A DNA stretch of 64,000 bases from the sequence record NC_019505.1, one strand, 5' to 3'. Within the stretch, counting starts at the first letter, position 1, and every line of letters starts with the position of its first letter. Shown piece after piece: positions 8,940 through 18,903 of this stretch. Below the pieces are notes generated by a model, which saw only the letters and a program-made list of their open reading frames with translations, was not told where the DNA came from and searched no databases. This DNA comes from Escherichia phage wV7. The translations under genes were made by a program, and so were the position numbers.

Positions 8940-10753
8940 TGATGCTTAACCCTATGCATGATTTCTTTATTTTTACCGAGATTAAATCCGCGCTCGTTCG
9001 GATTTCCCAAATAACCACATGTTCTTCTTATTGTATTCATCTTTTTAGGATCAGTTTCTCCACAAATAGAACAAACAAATCCGTTTTCAGTAGGAGTCAT
9101 TTCATGGGTACTTCCGCATGTAAAACATTTATCTACTGGCATATTAACACCAAAATAATCTAAATGTTGTGCAGCATAATCCCATACGGCCTCAAGGCCT
9201 TTTAAGTTATTTTTCATATCAGGAAGTTCAACATAAGAAATGTGACCACCTGTCGCAATGAAATGATATGGCGCTTCACGAGAAATCTTTTCAAACGGAG
9301 TAATATTTTCTTCTACTGAAACATGGAAACTGTTAGTGTACCAACCTTTATCGGTAACATCTTTTACGCTTCCATATTTTTCTGTATCGAGTTTACAGAA
9401 GCGATAACAAAGGTTTTCAGCAGGAGTCGAATATAAACTAAAAGCAAATCCGGTTCTTTCAGTCCACTGTTTAAGATGAGCATTCATTTTAGTTAAAATT
9501 TCTCGTCCAATATCACGACCGACAAGAATATTCAATTCGTGAATACCAATGTATCCTAAAGACACTGAACTTCTACCATTTTTAAATAACTCAATTATAT
9601 CGTCATCAGGTTTAAGACGAACCCCGAATGCACCTTCTTGGTAAAGAATAGGAGCAACAGTAGCTTTAACTCCTTTTAAGGAACTAATTCTACACATCAA
9701 AGCTTCAAAACATAAATCCATTCGTTCATTAAATAGCTCAACAAATTTCTGTTCATTGAACTGTGTTCCAATATAAGAATCTAACGCGATGCGAGGAAGA
9801 TTCAGTGTTACAACACCAAGATTATTACGTCCATCAAGAATTTCATTACCAGTCGAATCTTTCCATACGCTCAAGAAACTACGGCAACCCATTGGAGAAA
9901 CAGGAACAGATGAACCAGTGATAGCTTTATTGTTCTTAGCTGAAATAATATCAGGATACATCCTTTTGCTTGCACACTCTAGAGCAAGCTGCTTAATATC
10001 ATAATTCGGATCGTCTTTGTAAAGATTAACGCCTTCTTCGACGAACATAACAAGCTTAGGAAAAATAGGAGTTATCCCATCACGACCGAGACCTTTAATG
10101 CGGTTTTTAAGAATTGCCTTCTGAATCATTCGTTCAGTCCAGTCAGTTCCCGTACCAAATGTAATTGTTACAAAAGGCGTTTGTCCGTTTGAACTAAAGA
10201 GAGTATTTACTTCATATTCATAAGCTTGGAATGCATCGTATACATCTTTTTCTGTTTTAGATTGAGCATAATTTAACGCATCAGCGATTTGCCATTTTTC
10301 TGCATCCTCAATATGTTTTGCATAGGTGCGTTTAACATAAGGAGAAAGTACTTTATCTACATTAGCAAAAGTCGTTCCGCCATATTGATGGGAAGCAACT
10401 TGCGCAGTAATTTGTGCCATAATTGCAGTAGCAACGCCAATTGATTTAGGAGTTTCAATCTGTGCATTACCAAGCTTAAATCCGTTCTCAAGCATTCCTT
10501 TTAAATCTACTAAACAGCAATTAGTAAATGGAAGAGCAGGGGAATAATCAATATCATGGAAATGAATAATTCCGCTTTCATGCGCTTTCATAATAAAAGA
10601 CGGGACCATATTTTTGGCAATGTGTTTAGACACAATACCAGCCATAAGGTCCCGTTGAGTTGGAAAAACACGAGAATCTTTATTAGCATTCTCGTTTAAA
10701 AGGTCTTTATTAGTTTTATGAATCAATCCTTCAATTTCTTTTTCAATTGTCAT
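8936..10753 (-). CDS. nrdD: Anaerobic ribonucleoside-triphosphate reductase, intronless
   Basis: 605-aa uninterrupted ORF; C-terminal glycyl-radical region RRTCGYLG and CxxC zinc ribbon. Confidence 0.92.
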   Translation of the reverse strand: MTIEKEIEGLIHKTNKDLLNENANKDSRVFPTQRDLMAGIVSKHIAKNMVPSFIMKAHESGIIHFHDIDYSPALPFTNCCLVDLKGMLENGFKLGNAQIETPKSIGVATAIMAQITAQVASHQYGGTTFANVDKVLSPYVKRTYAKHIEDAEKWQIADALNYAQSKTEKDVYDAFQAYEYEVNTLFSSNGQTPFVTITFGTGTDWTERMIQKAILKNRIKGLGRDGITPIFPKLVMFVEEGVNLYKDDPNYDIKQLALECASKRMYPDIISAKNNKAITGSSVPVSPMGCRSFLSVWKDSTGNEILDGRNNLGVVTLNLPRIALDSYIGTQFNEQKFVELFNERMDLCFEALMCRISSLKGVKATVAPILYQEGAFGVRLKPDDDIIELFKNGRSSVSLGYIGIHELNILVGRDIGREILTKMNAHLKQWTERTGFAFSLYSTPAENLCYRFCKLDTEKYGSVKDVTDKGWYTNSFHVSVEENITPFEKISREAPYHFIATGGHISYVELPDMKNNLKGLEAVWDYAAQHLDYFGVNMPVDKCFTCGSTHEMTPTENGFVCSICGETDPKKMNTIRRTCGYLGNPNERGFNLGKNKEIMHRVKHQ

Positions 10754-11223
10754 TTTAAACTCTTTCTAAGCTGCTTCTTAAATGAAGCTATTAATTGTGT
10801 TTTAGTGTCAGATTCATTATATTCAAATCCTCTTTGAAGCATCTCAGCCATCATTTCCTCTTTTCCTAAACGAGAAAATTCCTTTGATTTATCTCCAACA
10901 AAGTTAGGATGAATATTATTTTGGGTGTAATCGGATTTTAAATAAGTAAGTAAATTTTCTAACCATTCAAGATAATCAACACCTTGCCCCTTTAAGCCAG
11001 AACGATTAAATTTATGTTTCATTTGACCTTCTGCGGCATTGCAGAGATTACAAAGCAATCCACGCACCTTTCCTGCTTTTGGTCCATTTAATTCATGGTC
11101 ATGATCAAGATGATTAGCTTGAACATCAGGATTTAGTTCTCGTTGGCAAATTAAGCATTTACCGTTTTGTGCATTATAAAATTTTTGTTTTTCTTCTTTG
11201 TATAATTTGCCAGTCAATAACAT
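10750..11223 (-). CDS. 49: Endonuclease VII (Holliday junction resolvase) gp49
   Basis: 157 aa; zinc-binding Cys pattern CLICQ ... CNLCN with HDHE; matches recalled T4 gp49 length. Confidence 0.88.
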   Translation of the reverse strand: MLLTGKLYKEEKQKFYNAQNGKCLICQRELNPDVQANHLDHDHELNGPKAGKVRGLLCNLCNAAEGQMKHKFNRSGLKGQGVDYLEWLENLLTYLKSDYTQNNIHPNFVGDKSKEFSRLGKEEMMAEMLQRGFEYNESDTKTQLIASFKKQLRKSLK

Positions 11224-11265
11224 AATAAAACCCTTACCTTAAATAGATAAGGGTATTTATTATTT

Positions 11266-11751
11266 TCAAGTATTGAAAAACATTTGATTCAATCGCTTAT
11301 ATTGCCGAATCTTTTGGTCAGAAAAAGAAATTTGGGTTTCAAGCCATTCAATATATTCTGCCGCAGCTTGCATCAAATTTCCTTCATAGCCATCGTTATT
11401 TTCTTGTGCAGCTAATTTAGCTAATGCGTATGAAATACGTTCACCTTGAAAATCAGCTTTAGGCTTCTGAACAACTTGATTAGTTCTCTCTACAACTTCT
11501 TCAATTTCGCCATTTTCTACTGATTCAGTATTCCACAAGCACCAATACGTAATTGGCTTATCGTAGATGTTAATAATCTTTCCATCAGAAAGTTCAATTT
11601 CAATAATTCCAGTATCAGGTTCTATATCATCTTCACATTCTTTTGCAAGTTCACGAACTTTAAAGACAGTACCTGCACTAAGTTCCGGCCAGTAATTACA
11701 CAGCCCTGTATCAGCACGATTAATTCTAAACCACTTATCTACTGTAATCAT
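11266..11751 (-). CDS. Hypothetical protein at the T4 pin position (possible protease inhibitor)
   Basis: 161 aa from internal Met; call is positional and by size only. Confidence 0.4.
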   Translation of the reverse strand: MITVDKWFRINRADTGLCNYWPELSAGTVFKVRELAKECEDDIEPDTGIIEIELSDGKIINIYDKPITYWCLWNTESVENGEIEEVVERTNQVVQKPKADFQGERISYALAKLAAQENNDGYEGNLMQAAAEYIEWLETQISFSDQKIRQYKRLNQMFFNT

Positions 11752-11791
11752 GTCCCATCTCCATATCAATTAAGTCATTTATCGTTGGTTC

Positions 11792-11821
11792 ATTATATAT
11801 TGTTTCTTCATCAGTGTAAAC
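11792..11821 (-). promoter_or_regulatory. Candidate early promoter
   Basis: GTTTAC then about 18 nt then TATAAT-like hexamer upstream of ORF 11266-11751. Confidence 0.4.
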
Positions 11822-11874
11822 CGGTTCTTCCGGCTCTGGCTCTACAGTTTCCCATCTAGCCGCCCACCAAGGTT

Positions 11875-12195
11875 TTATAGCGTAATCCATTCTCGTACTA
11901 TCTGAGTTACTACACGTTCATGGGGCTCGACTAGTTCAACAGTCGGAACTGCATAATACCAGTCAGAATGATAAGAACCTGACCGAGATTCATTTACCGC
12001 TACATGTACATTATGTTTTGGACTAAAGTAAACACACTGACGATATTGACATTTACCATCTTGCACCCAGTCTTCTATTTCGACAGGTTTAAGATAATCG
12101 GAAAAATCGAAATCATAGTTTTCCGAAAATGCATCATGGTCTTCAATGATTTCGCTCAGAACTGCATCAACATCTAATTTATTTTCAATAGTCAT
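11875..12195 (-). CDS. Hypothetical protein
   Basis: 106-aa ORF. Confidence 0.5.
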   Translation of the reverse strand: MTIENKLDVDAVLSEIIEDHDAFSENYDFDFSDYLKPVEIEDWVQDGKCQYRQCVYFSPKHNVHVAVNESRSGSYHSDWYYAVPTVELVEPHERVVTQIVREWITL

Positions 12196-12208
12196 TTTTC
12201 ACCAATTA

Positions 12209-12376
12209 ATTTCGCAATTTATTAAGTTCTTCATCATCAATCCAGGATTCTAGTCCTGATGGCAGGGCACATTCAATTTCCCAAAGAAGTTCTTCAATTT
12301 TCTGAAGACGTTCTAGTTCTTCGGCTGGAATAGTAACCATTGACGGAGCTCGTGATACATTAATATCGTAAATCAT
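12209..12376 (-). CDS. Possible small ORF (about 55 aa), below ORF-track threshold
   Basis: Hand translation MIYDINVSRAPSMVTIPAEELERLQKIEEL... fills an otherwise empty gap. Confidence 0.3.
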
Positions 12377-12378
12377 AT

Positions 12379-12594
12379 TTACCCCAATTTAACCATACAA
12401 TCGCCGTATTTCCACTTAGAAATAGACTTTTCACCATTAGAATAATAAACTTCGAGTTTAGCACGATTATTTTTAATTTGAATAACCTTGGCTGTCATCA
12501 AAGTTCCATACCCATAATAAACTGCAACTTCATCACCTACATATACCGCGCTTCCGCGGTAATCATGAATATAGTCAGTTCCTTCGAGCATCAT
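12379..12594 (-). CDS. Hypothetical small protein
   Basis: 71-aa ORF immediately downstream of nrdC. Confidence 0.5.
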   Translation of the reverse strand: MMLEGTDYIHDYRGSAVYVGDEVAVYYGYGTLMTAKVIQIKNNRAKLEVYYSNGEKSISKWKYGDCMVKLG

Positions 12595-12854
12595 TTAAAA
12601 TATTCTCGCAGTTGGTCAAATCCACCAATATGACTTCCATCAGGAGCAAATACCTGGGGCATTGTCAAGCCGATTTGAGTATCACGACCTAGTTTAGTCA
12701 GAAGCTCAGCGATTTTCTCATCATCAAAAACACCTTTTTCCGGCATAATGTTGATAAATTCAAACGGCTGTTTCTTCACGGTCAAAAGACGTTTTGCATT
12801 ATCGCAATACACACATTTATGAATGTTGCTATCATAACCATATACTTTAAACAT
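12591..12854 (-). CDS. nrdC: Thioredoxin/glutaredoxin NrdC
   Basis: 87 aa with CVYC active site; matches recalled T4 thioredoxin. Confidence 0.92.
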   Translation of the reverse strand: MFKVYGYDSNIHKCVYCDNAKRLLTVKKQPFEFINIMPEKGVFDDEKIAELLTKLGRDTQIGLTMPQVFAPDGSHIGGFDQLREYFK

Positions 12855-12855
12855 A

Positions 12856-13098
12856 TTATTCCTTAATTCCTAGTACTTGTTTAAAAGTCTCGTCGTAATC
12901 AAGACTTTGGCCCGTTTGTTCTTTATGTTTGTATATAATATCACTTACTTCTGATAGCATATTTTTATATGAACGAGTTAAAGCAGATTTAAGCACGCTG
13001 TATCTATCAGGAAATTTACCATGTTCATTATAATAAGCTATTGCTAATTCACGGACTGCCTTTTCAGCAGCCTCCATATATTCTTTACGCTTGGTCAT
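12856..13098 (-). CDS. Hypothetical protein (nrdC.1 position)
   Basis: 80-aa ORF. Confidence 0.5.
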   Translation of the reverse strand: MTKRKEYMEAAEKAVRELAIAYYNEHGKFPDRYSVLKSALTRSYKNMLSEVSDIIYKHKEQTGQSLDYDETFKQVLGIKE

Positions 13099-13100
13099 TT

Positions 13101-13490
13101 TTAATCCAAAATATTATTAGGCATTGGTTGAACACTCACAAGTTCTTTAAAGAACTCAGTAGAGTCAGGCAATTTAACCATTTCCGGAGCATGCTTACTG
13201 AATTTATGTTTACATTGACGGCATTTATATTCAAGCTCTGGTTTACGCCAGTTAATCAACTGAACTTGTTCAGTACCGCATTCAGGGCAATTAGGAACGT
13301 TTTTAGAAGCTCTTTCACGTCGTTCAACCATAGCCATAATAGCATCCCATGCTGGAGGTTTAAAATCTAAATCGTCGCAGCCGTGAATCTTTCCACGCAT
13401 TTCCATATCATCTTCCTCACCAGCCATAATAATTTTAATTAAACTGGAATTACTTGAAGCTGCAATGTCTTCTAATAAACGCTTTTTCAT
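13101..13490 (-). CDS. Zinc-ribbon protein (nrdC.2 position)
   Basis: 129 aa with CPECG ... CRQC four-Cys pattern. Confidence 0.55.
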   Translation of the reverse strand: MKKRLLEDIAASSNSSLIKIIMAGEEDDMEMRGKIHGCDDLDFKPPAWDAIMAMVERRERASKNVPNCPECGTEQVQLINWRKPELEYKCRQCKHKFSKHAPEMVKLPDSTEFFKELVSVQPMPNNILD

Positions 13491-14413
13491 TTCAATACCT
13501 CAATAGCATTACGTAAACCATTTGCTTTGGCGGTTAAAGCCTTAAGAACTTTAGTATGCTCTTCAATTTGTTTTTCAACTTCAGTCAAACGGACATTGAG
13601 ATATTCACGTTCTTCTTTCATAGTATCATTTCCATGATTGGATTTTGGTATAGGTTTAAATTCACTAGGGTCCTTTAATTTAATAACAAATTTAGTTTCA
13701 AACAGTGAAAGACCATAATTCGTATTATCATCAAAGGATTTGACTACATCCATATCAGATAATAACACGCGCAAATTATAAGCCAAAGAACTAATAGTTT
13801 CATTGTGTTTATTAGCTTCGCGTGGTTTCATATACGGAAGATTTTTATATATCTCATGCGGAGCGCAAACGATAATTGACAATTCAAATTGTCCATTCTG
13901 GGACAATGGAATGAATTTAGCCGTAACCCAGTCTTTTACATTCACATTAATAGTACGGTTATCACCATGACAAAACAGTCTACGAGAATGCTTAAAAAGC
14001 ATATTCACGTTATTATTGAATTCGTGTGAAAATTCACTAGCAAATTTTTCTTTACTATCTTTAGAAAACCATTCTTCTAAATAAGTTCTTTTCACGTCGT
14101 TAATAATATTAAATGTAACAACACTAGCATTTGATACATTAGTCTTAATGTAGCTTGGATACATAAATTTTTTAACATTATTAACAGCTATCACAGAAGA
14201 TAGTAATCGGGAACGTTTGAACCACTCGAGCAAAGAACCAAGAGAATGTGAATACGCATTTTGTGTATCTTTACAAATATGGTTTTCCCATCCAATATAG
14301 TCTAAAAAATCACGAAGAATATTATTGATTACTGCTCTGTGTCCGATTTGATAATTACGGTGTTTAGTAATAAGACTGTCAAAATAATCAATATAATGTT
14401 TACGAGTTTTCAT
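13487..14413 (-). CDS. Uncharacterised protein with C-terminal coiled coil (family member 1 of 4)
   Basis: 308 aa; C-terminal heptad-like segment ...[33 protein letters not shown]. Confidence 0.6.
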   Translation of the reverse strand: MKTRKHYIDYFDSLITKHRNYQIGHRAVINNILRDFLDYIGWENHICKDTQNAYSHSLGSLLEWFKRSRLLSSVIAVNNVKKFMYPSYIKTNVSNASVVTFNIINDVKRTYLEEWFSKDSKEKFASEFSHEFNNNVNMLFKHSRRLFCHGDNRTINVNVKDWVTAKFIPLSQNGQFELSIIVCAPHEIYKNLPYMKPREANKHNETISSLAYNLRVLLSDMDVVKSFDDNTNYGLSLFETKFVIKLKDPSEFKPIPKSNHGNDTMKEEREYLNVRLTEVEKQIEEHTKVLKALTAKANGLRNAIEVLK

Positions 14414-14465
14414 GTTCTTCTCACTTGGTTAATGATTTATACTCCGAGCCATCCTTGGCTTTAAA

Positions 14466-15467
14466 TTACTTAATTAACTGTAAAGCTTGTTCAAGACGAT
14501 CAAGACGATTAACGGATTCTTCCCAAATCTTTTTAGCCTGCTCATATTCTTTCTGCGCTTTATTAGAAATTTCTAGAACTTCTTTATAAGCTTTTTCTAG
14601 TGCAATAACTTCTGGACGAATTTCTACCGGTTCAGGTGAATCATCAAGATTATCCATTAGTTCCTCAAGGGTAGTTTCTTCTTTAGGAGTATTCACAATT
14701 TCATCACATTTTTGTTGGTAAATTTCTTTATCAGTAGGTGAATAAGCACATTTCACTTCACGAAGACTAACTACAATTTTATATCCTTCCCAGCCGCATA
14801 TATTCTTAAAAGGATAAGTATGAATATTTTCTACTGTTTCCATACAGCCCAAAACCGCCTCTAATTGATAAGTTATAGTGCTAGCAATTGAGAAAAATTT
14901 ATTAATATTCTTTTGGTTAGCGTTTGGTGTAAAAAATCCATAATTCACAAAAATAGCTACTTTATTTTCATCAAGCTCATATTCTTTTACGATAATCATA
15001 TCAGAAGCCAAAGGATGAATTTGACGATAATCGCCATAACATAATTTAGAAGCTGATTTTAGAATTTGTCCTTTGAAAAGTCTGAAATTACTAATCCAAC
15101 GACGAGTAAAAATATTCTCAGGGTCTTCTTTATTATTAAGATGATAAGAATTAACATCACCGAACCAATTATATCCTACTACATCTTTAGTTCGTTTAAT
15201 TTCTTTCCCAAATTTACTAAGAATATCTCTGTTGACTAAGTATGAAAGAAGACGAGACCCTTTAAAGGTTTTCTTAATGTCATCTTTATCTGTACGACTA
15301 GAAATTTTACGAACTTCATGAATAAATTTGCCGGAAGAAACAATACTTGCATCAGTATTATTGAGCCATTGATTGATAATAGAAATCACACTATTCTTAC
15401 TAGACATAGGTTTAACTTTATCATCAATAACGCTGTTGAACGATTTAATATATTCGTTGCGAGTCAT
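14466..15467 (-). CDS. Uncharacterised protein with C-terminal coiled coil (family member 2 of 4)
   Basis: ORF 14466-15497; start taken at internal Met preceded by GAGGAG; C-terminal ...NRLDRLEQALQLIK. Confidence 0.6.
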   Translation of the reverse strand: MTRNEYIKSFNSVIDDKVKPMSSKNSVISIINQWLNNTDASIVSSGKFIHEVRKISSRTDKDDIKKTFKGSRLLSYLVNRDILSKFGKEIKRTKDVVGYNWFGDVNSYHLNNKEDPENIFTRRWISNFRLFKGQILKSASKLCYGDYRQIHPLASDMIIVKEYELDENKVAIFVNYGFFTPNANQKNINKFFSIASTITYQLEAVLGCMETVENIHTYPFKNICGWEGYKIVVSLREVKCAYSPTDKEIYQQKCDEIVNTPKEETTLEELMDNLDDSPEPVEIRPEVIALEKAYKEVLEISNKAQKEYEQAKKIWEESVNRLDRLEQALQLIK

Positions 15468-15524
15468 ATTAATCTCCTCAGTAGAAAGTAAGAACATTAT
15501 ACCACATCCTTGTGGCGAAGTAAA

Positions 15525-16544
15525 CTAGTTTAGTGCATTTAGTGCATTGTTCAGTTTAGAACGTTGCTTTGTCAGATTTTGAACCCTTGACTGAGCTTGT
15601 TCTAACACCTTTTCAGCTTCTAGCACTTCATTGGTCGCTTTAACGAGTTCATCATCTACTGCCTTAAGAGACTTCTCAATCGCATCCGCGTGCCATTTTT
15701 CAACAGGTTTAAGACTCGGATTTTCAATAGGAAGAAAATTCACTTTATTAAATTTCCATGCATCTTTATTACCTGAGCTATACATCCAAAATTTAGGATC
15801 GTTTGATGAGCAATTAGATAAATTTAAGTTATCTTGCACTTCCTGCTTTTTCTCTTGCGGGACTTCATCCTTTCTCAAAAAATCGTATTTAAATGAAACG
15901 ATCATATCAAGTTCATACGTTGTTGTATGTTCCCAATTTCGCTCAAAATGAGGTAAAATCTTAGACCGAACAGCGGCAACAACATCCATATACTTAAATG
16001 CTTCTGTCAACTGTGATTTAAGGCATTCACAAATTGAAAGAGAATTTTTTGTATTAGGTTTAAAGCTAATTCGTGCAGTTCTATTATTTTCTTTTAATGG
16101 TCTTACTTCCATCTGAAGAGTATAACCATCAAATTTCAGGTTCTTTAAGTTAATGTCAGAACCTTTTAATCGACTAGCCGTCGACAAAATTTGCTTTAAT
16201 TGTTTACGGAATAGAGCAATAAATCTCCATTCAAGACGGTAATGATTTGGATTAAAAAATCCTGTTGATAAATCAACCTTACTCTGACCAACGCCTTGAA
16301 CAAATAGAGGATTTTTATAATCAATAGTTTTACAGAAATCGGTGAGCTGTTCGCGAGCAGTCATTTGCGTAATATATCCAGCTTTATCAAAATGTCGCAG
16401 CCATTCACTGCTATTCATATACTTAAAGTGAATGGAACTATTAACTCTATCAGGGTCTAAATTATTTTGGCACAAAAATGTCATAACATCACGAGTATAG
16501 CTGGCATTACGAACCATATCTTCAATTTGAGAACGAGTTTTCAT
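15525..16544 (-). CDS. Uncharacterised protein with C-terminal coiled coil (family member 3 of 4)
   Basis: 339 aa; C-terminal ...LEAEKVLEQAQSRVQNLTKQRSKLNNALNALN. Confidence 0.6.
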   Translation of the reverse strand: MKTRSQIEDMVRNASYTRDVMTFLCQNNLDPDRVNSSIHFKYMNSSEWLRHFDKAGYITQMTAREQLTDFCKTIDYKNPLFVQGVGQSKVDLSTGFFNPNHYRLEWRFIALFRKQLKQILSTASRLKGSDINLKNLKFDGYTLQMEVRPLKENNRTARISFKPNTKNSLSICECLKSQLTEAFKYMDVVAAVRSKILPHFERNWEHTTTYELDMIVSFKYDFLRKDEVPQEKKQEVQDNLNLSNCSSNDPKFWMYSSGNKDAWKFNKVNFLPIENPSLKPVEKWHADAIEKSLKAVDDELVKATNEVLEAEKVLEQAQSRVQNLTKQRSKLNNALNALN

Positions 16545-16552
16545 GGTGTTCC

Positions 16553-17455
16553 TTAAGATTTAAGTAAATCAACAATTTTAATTAATTTTTCACGTTCAGA
16601 TTTAGCTTTACTACTCAATCCAGATAGTCTGAATATTTCATCATCATATTGTTGAATAGAAATATTTAGCTCTTCAATTTGCTTATTAAAATAATCAATT
16701 TGTTCAGAATGTTTTTCGTTACTACGAACTGGTACAGGTTTTGTAGGTAATTTAGATGAACTGGATTCATCCGGGCGATAAATTAAAATACAACTTGAAC
16801 CAATTGGACATTTTGCACCAGATGAATATTCTAATGTTCCGGCTTCTTTTAAAACTTCAAAAGCTAAACAGAGATGATGCCCCATATTAACATAATCTGT
16901 AGAGCGAGCTCTGACGTAATAATCATCTCCGCGAATACTAAATTTAAAGCATTTAAGGTCTTCTGTATTATTTGTCTTAAAAATCATTTGTTTATCTAGA
17001 CCTTTAGCTAATCGAGCGCCTAATGCTAATAATCGTCGTTGATTTTCCCACAAATCAGCGATCATTTGGTCAAATGATAATTTCGGCATTAGTCGACCAT
17101 AAAGGTCATATCCTTTATTATAATTGCGAAGGATTTCACTCGCATTAATACGAGACAACGCTCCAATTTTATTAAGGGCTTTCATGATGCGATTAGATAA
17201 ACCCATTCCAGACCCGTTTGTTCGTTGTAAATGTTTATCTAATCCAAACCCAATATCAACTTTAAATTTATCTAAAATTTCAGCATGAACATCTCTGTCA
17301 ATAACATTCAAATCCAAAGTTGGGTTAAATCTATGAAAAAATTTATCTGGCTCTCCACGACGAAGTATAGTCCATTCATTTAATTTTTTATTAACTAAAG
17401 ATTTAATTACTGTATTGACATTATTAATTACTACTGACATATTTTTCTCACTCAA
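16553..17455 (-). CDS. Uncharacterised protein with C-terminal coiled coil (family member 4 of 4)
   Basis: 300 aa; C-terminal ...IEELNISIQQYDDEIFRLSGLSSKAKSEREKLIKIVDLLKS. Confidence 0.6.
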   Translation of the reverse strand: MSEKNMSVVINNVNTVIKSLVNKKLNEWTILRRGEPDKFFHRFNPTLDLNVIDRDVHAEILDKFKVDIGFGLDKHLQRTNGSGMGLSNRIMKALNKIGALSRINASEILRNYNKGYDLYGRLMPKLSFDQMIADLWENQRRLLALGARLAKGLDKQMIFKTNNTEDLKCFKFSIRGDDYYVRARSTDYVNMGHHLCLAFEVLKEAGTLEYSSGAKCPIGSSCILIYRPDESSSSKLPTKPVPVRSNEKHSEQIDYFNKQIEELNISIQQYDDEIFRLSGLSSKAKSEREKLIKIVDLLKS

Positions 17456-17856
17456 TTTTCAATTTTACTAAATACACAGAATATGATGGAAAAGACTATA
17501 TAAGCACTGCATACAGATTGAACTAATACCATTCCAAAGAACCAAACAATATTATCAAACCATGTCTGTTTTACGTCGAAAGGACGTAAACTTACAGTAA
17601 TATTATCGCCTTTTTCTATTGATGAATACATCTCTGGTGAAATATATTCGCTAAATCTATAACCGTCTTTGAGTTCATATACGGCAATAAACGATAAACT
17701 AGACCCCTTTCCTTGAGTTCCTGTAAAGGTATTAACTACAGTAACATCATAATCTTTATAATGCATATAATCATTAATTGCGTAATAACCATATGCAATT
17801 ACTATACATAAACAACATATCAATAAATTCAATCTTTTAATTATCAACTGTTTCAT
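17452..17856 (-). CDS. Membrane protein
   Basis: 134 aa with N- and C-terminal hydrophobic helices. Confidence 0.55.
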   Translation of the reverse strand: MKQLIIKRLNLLICCLCIVIAYGYYAINDYMHYKDYDVTVVNTFTGTQGKGSSLSFIAVYELKDGYRFSEYISPEMYSSIEKGDNITVSLRPFDVKQTWFDNIVWFFGMVLVQSVCSAYIVFSIIFCVFSKIEN

Positions 17857-17911
17857 AATAATCTCAATTAAAAGGGCTTAGAACCATTATACCATCCTTG
17901 GTATAAAGCGG

Positions 17912-18439
17912 TTATGCGAGTACCGTCTTTAACCGTTCTTCAAACTTCCGAAGAGTATTTTGGCGTTCAGCTCTTTGCTTTTTGTAAGTTTCAATACGCT
18001 CTGAAATGAGAGTGTATCGTTCATTTACTGATTCTTTCATAAAATCAGGAATTTCACGAGAAGCTTTAATCTCATCAAATTTATCAATAACAGCTTGCTC
18101 TTCAGCAATTAAGTTATCATACATCAAAATATCTTTCTTGATGAACTCAATATCTTCTTGAGTTACACGAGATAATTTAGATGCTTTATCCTTTTTGTAC
18201 TGTTCGTTAGTATCACGAGACCAGTGTAATGTACGATTTTTATTCGTATTCTTGTAAATTTCTACAATACCAATCTCATCAATAATAACGATCCAATTCC
18301 AACGGGATTTGTAAATTTGTCCTCCATCAACTGTGATTTCACCTCCGATTGAGATGTCATTAAAGAACTTGCTTTGTGCTTCAGATTTAAATTTACCATC
18401 GTTGTAATTTACCAGGTTGAAAATATCTTTAGCGTTCAT
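17912..18439 (-). CDS. Hypothetical protein
   Basis: ORF 17912-18499; true start at internal Met (MNAKDIF...) because the first 20 codons are a translated early promoter. Confidence 0.55.
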   Translation of the reverse strand: MNAKDIFNLVNYNDGKFKSEAQSKFFNDISIGGEITVDGGQIYKSRWNWIVIIDEIGIVEIYKNTNKNRTLHWSRDTNEQYKKDKASKLSRVTQEDIEFIKKDILMYDNLIAEEQAVIDKFDEIKASREIPDFMKESVNERYTLISERIETYKKQRAERQNTLRKFEERLKTVLA

Positions 18440-18467
18440 TTTGTGTTCCTCCGTAGTTGATAGTTGT

Positions 18468-18497
18468 ATAGTACCACAGAGGAACGGTCTTGTAAAC
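18468..18497 (-). promoter_or_regulatory. T4-type early promoter
   Basis: GTTTAC -35 and TGgTACTAT extended -10. Confidence 0.6.
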
Positions 18498-18499
18498 AA

Positions 18500-18814
18500 C
18501 TAAAAGAAACTTCTTTCACAATTTTTTCCACTGAACCACGCACTCACTGCTTTCTTAGTCTCAGGAGCAGTGTTATCCATAAACCATTCAAAGGCAGCCT
18601 TTTTATGATTCTGGAGGGCTTCTCGGGCTTTAATCTGCTCACGGTCTATTAACACTAACATATGAGCCTTTCTTGTCACCAGGGGCTTCTTATGATTTTT
18701 TGAATACTCCCAATCATTTGTCCATCGCATCGTTGTTGCGAATTGAAGTACAGCTTCCTTAATCTTAGTTTCGTAAATTTCACGAGCCTTTGAGTATAAC
18801 ATCACTACCTCCAT
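18500..18814 (-). CDS. Hypothetical protein
   Basis: 104-aa ORF. Confidence 0.5.
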   Translation of the reverse strand: MEVVMLYSKAREIYETKIKEAVLQFATTMRWTNDWEYSKNHKKPLVTRKAHMLVLIDREQIKAREALQNHKKAAFEWFMDNTAPETKKAVSAWFSGKNCERSFF

Positions 18815-18903
18815 TTACCAGTTTAATTCTAGTCATCTTTTTGATGGCAGTCCATATAATCTATTTCTGAACTGCCTTTTTGTCATAGAAGTCCTCTTAT
18901 GAA

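Noticed and set aside
8936-10753. Possible group I intron within nrdD, as in T4
   Set aside because: The 605-aa reading frame is continuous with no insertion.
13041-16000. Plus-strand ORFs inside the minus-strand block (e.g. 13041-13370, 15631-15951, 1471-1695, 5242-5439, 9789-10004, 19472-19711, 20005-20235, 24401-24601, 29082-29465, 36095-36334)
   Set aside because: Each is antisense to a better-supported minus-strand gene; the block is uniformly minus-strand with tight coupling.
18456-18480. A repeated motif of about 24 bp (GTTGATAGTTGTATAGTACCA) at 18456, 19896, 23904, 35748 and in variant form elsewhere, which looked like a dispersed repeat or mobile-element end
   Set aside because: On the minus strand each copy is the extended -10 region of an early promoter (TGgTACTAT) with a GTTTAC -35 at fixed spacing upstream of a gene start; promoters, not mobile DNA.
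17912-18499. Shared N-terminal peptide (MFTRxF..TIxLSTTEE.KM) on ORFs 17912-18499, 38985-39230 and 23692-23925, suggesting a conserved protein domain
   Set aside because: The shared codons are the translated early-promoter sequence; true starts are internal Mets downstream of the promoters.
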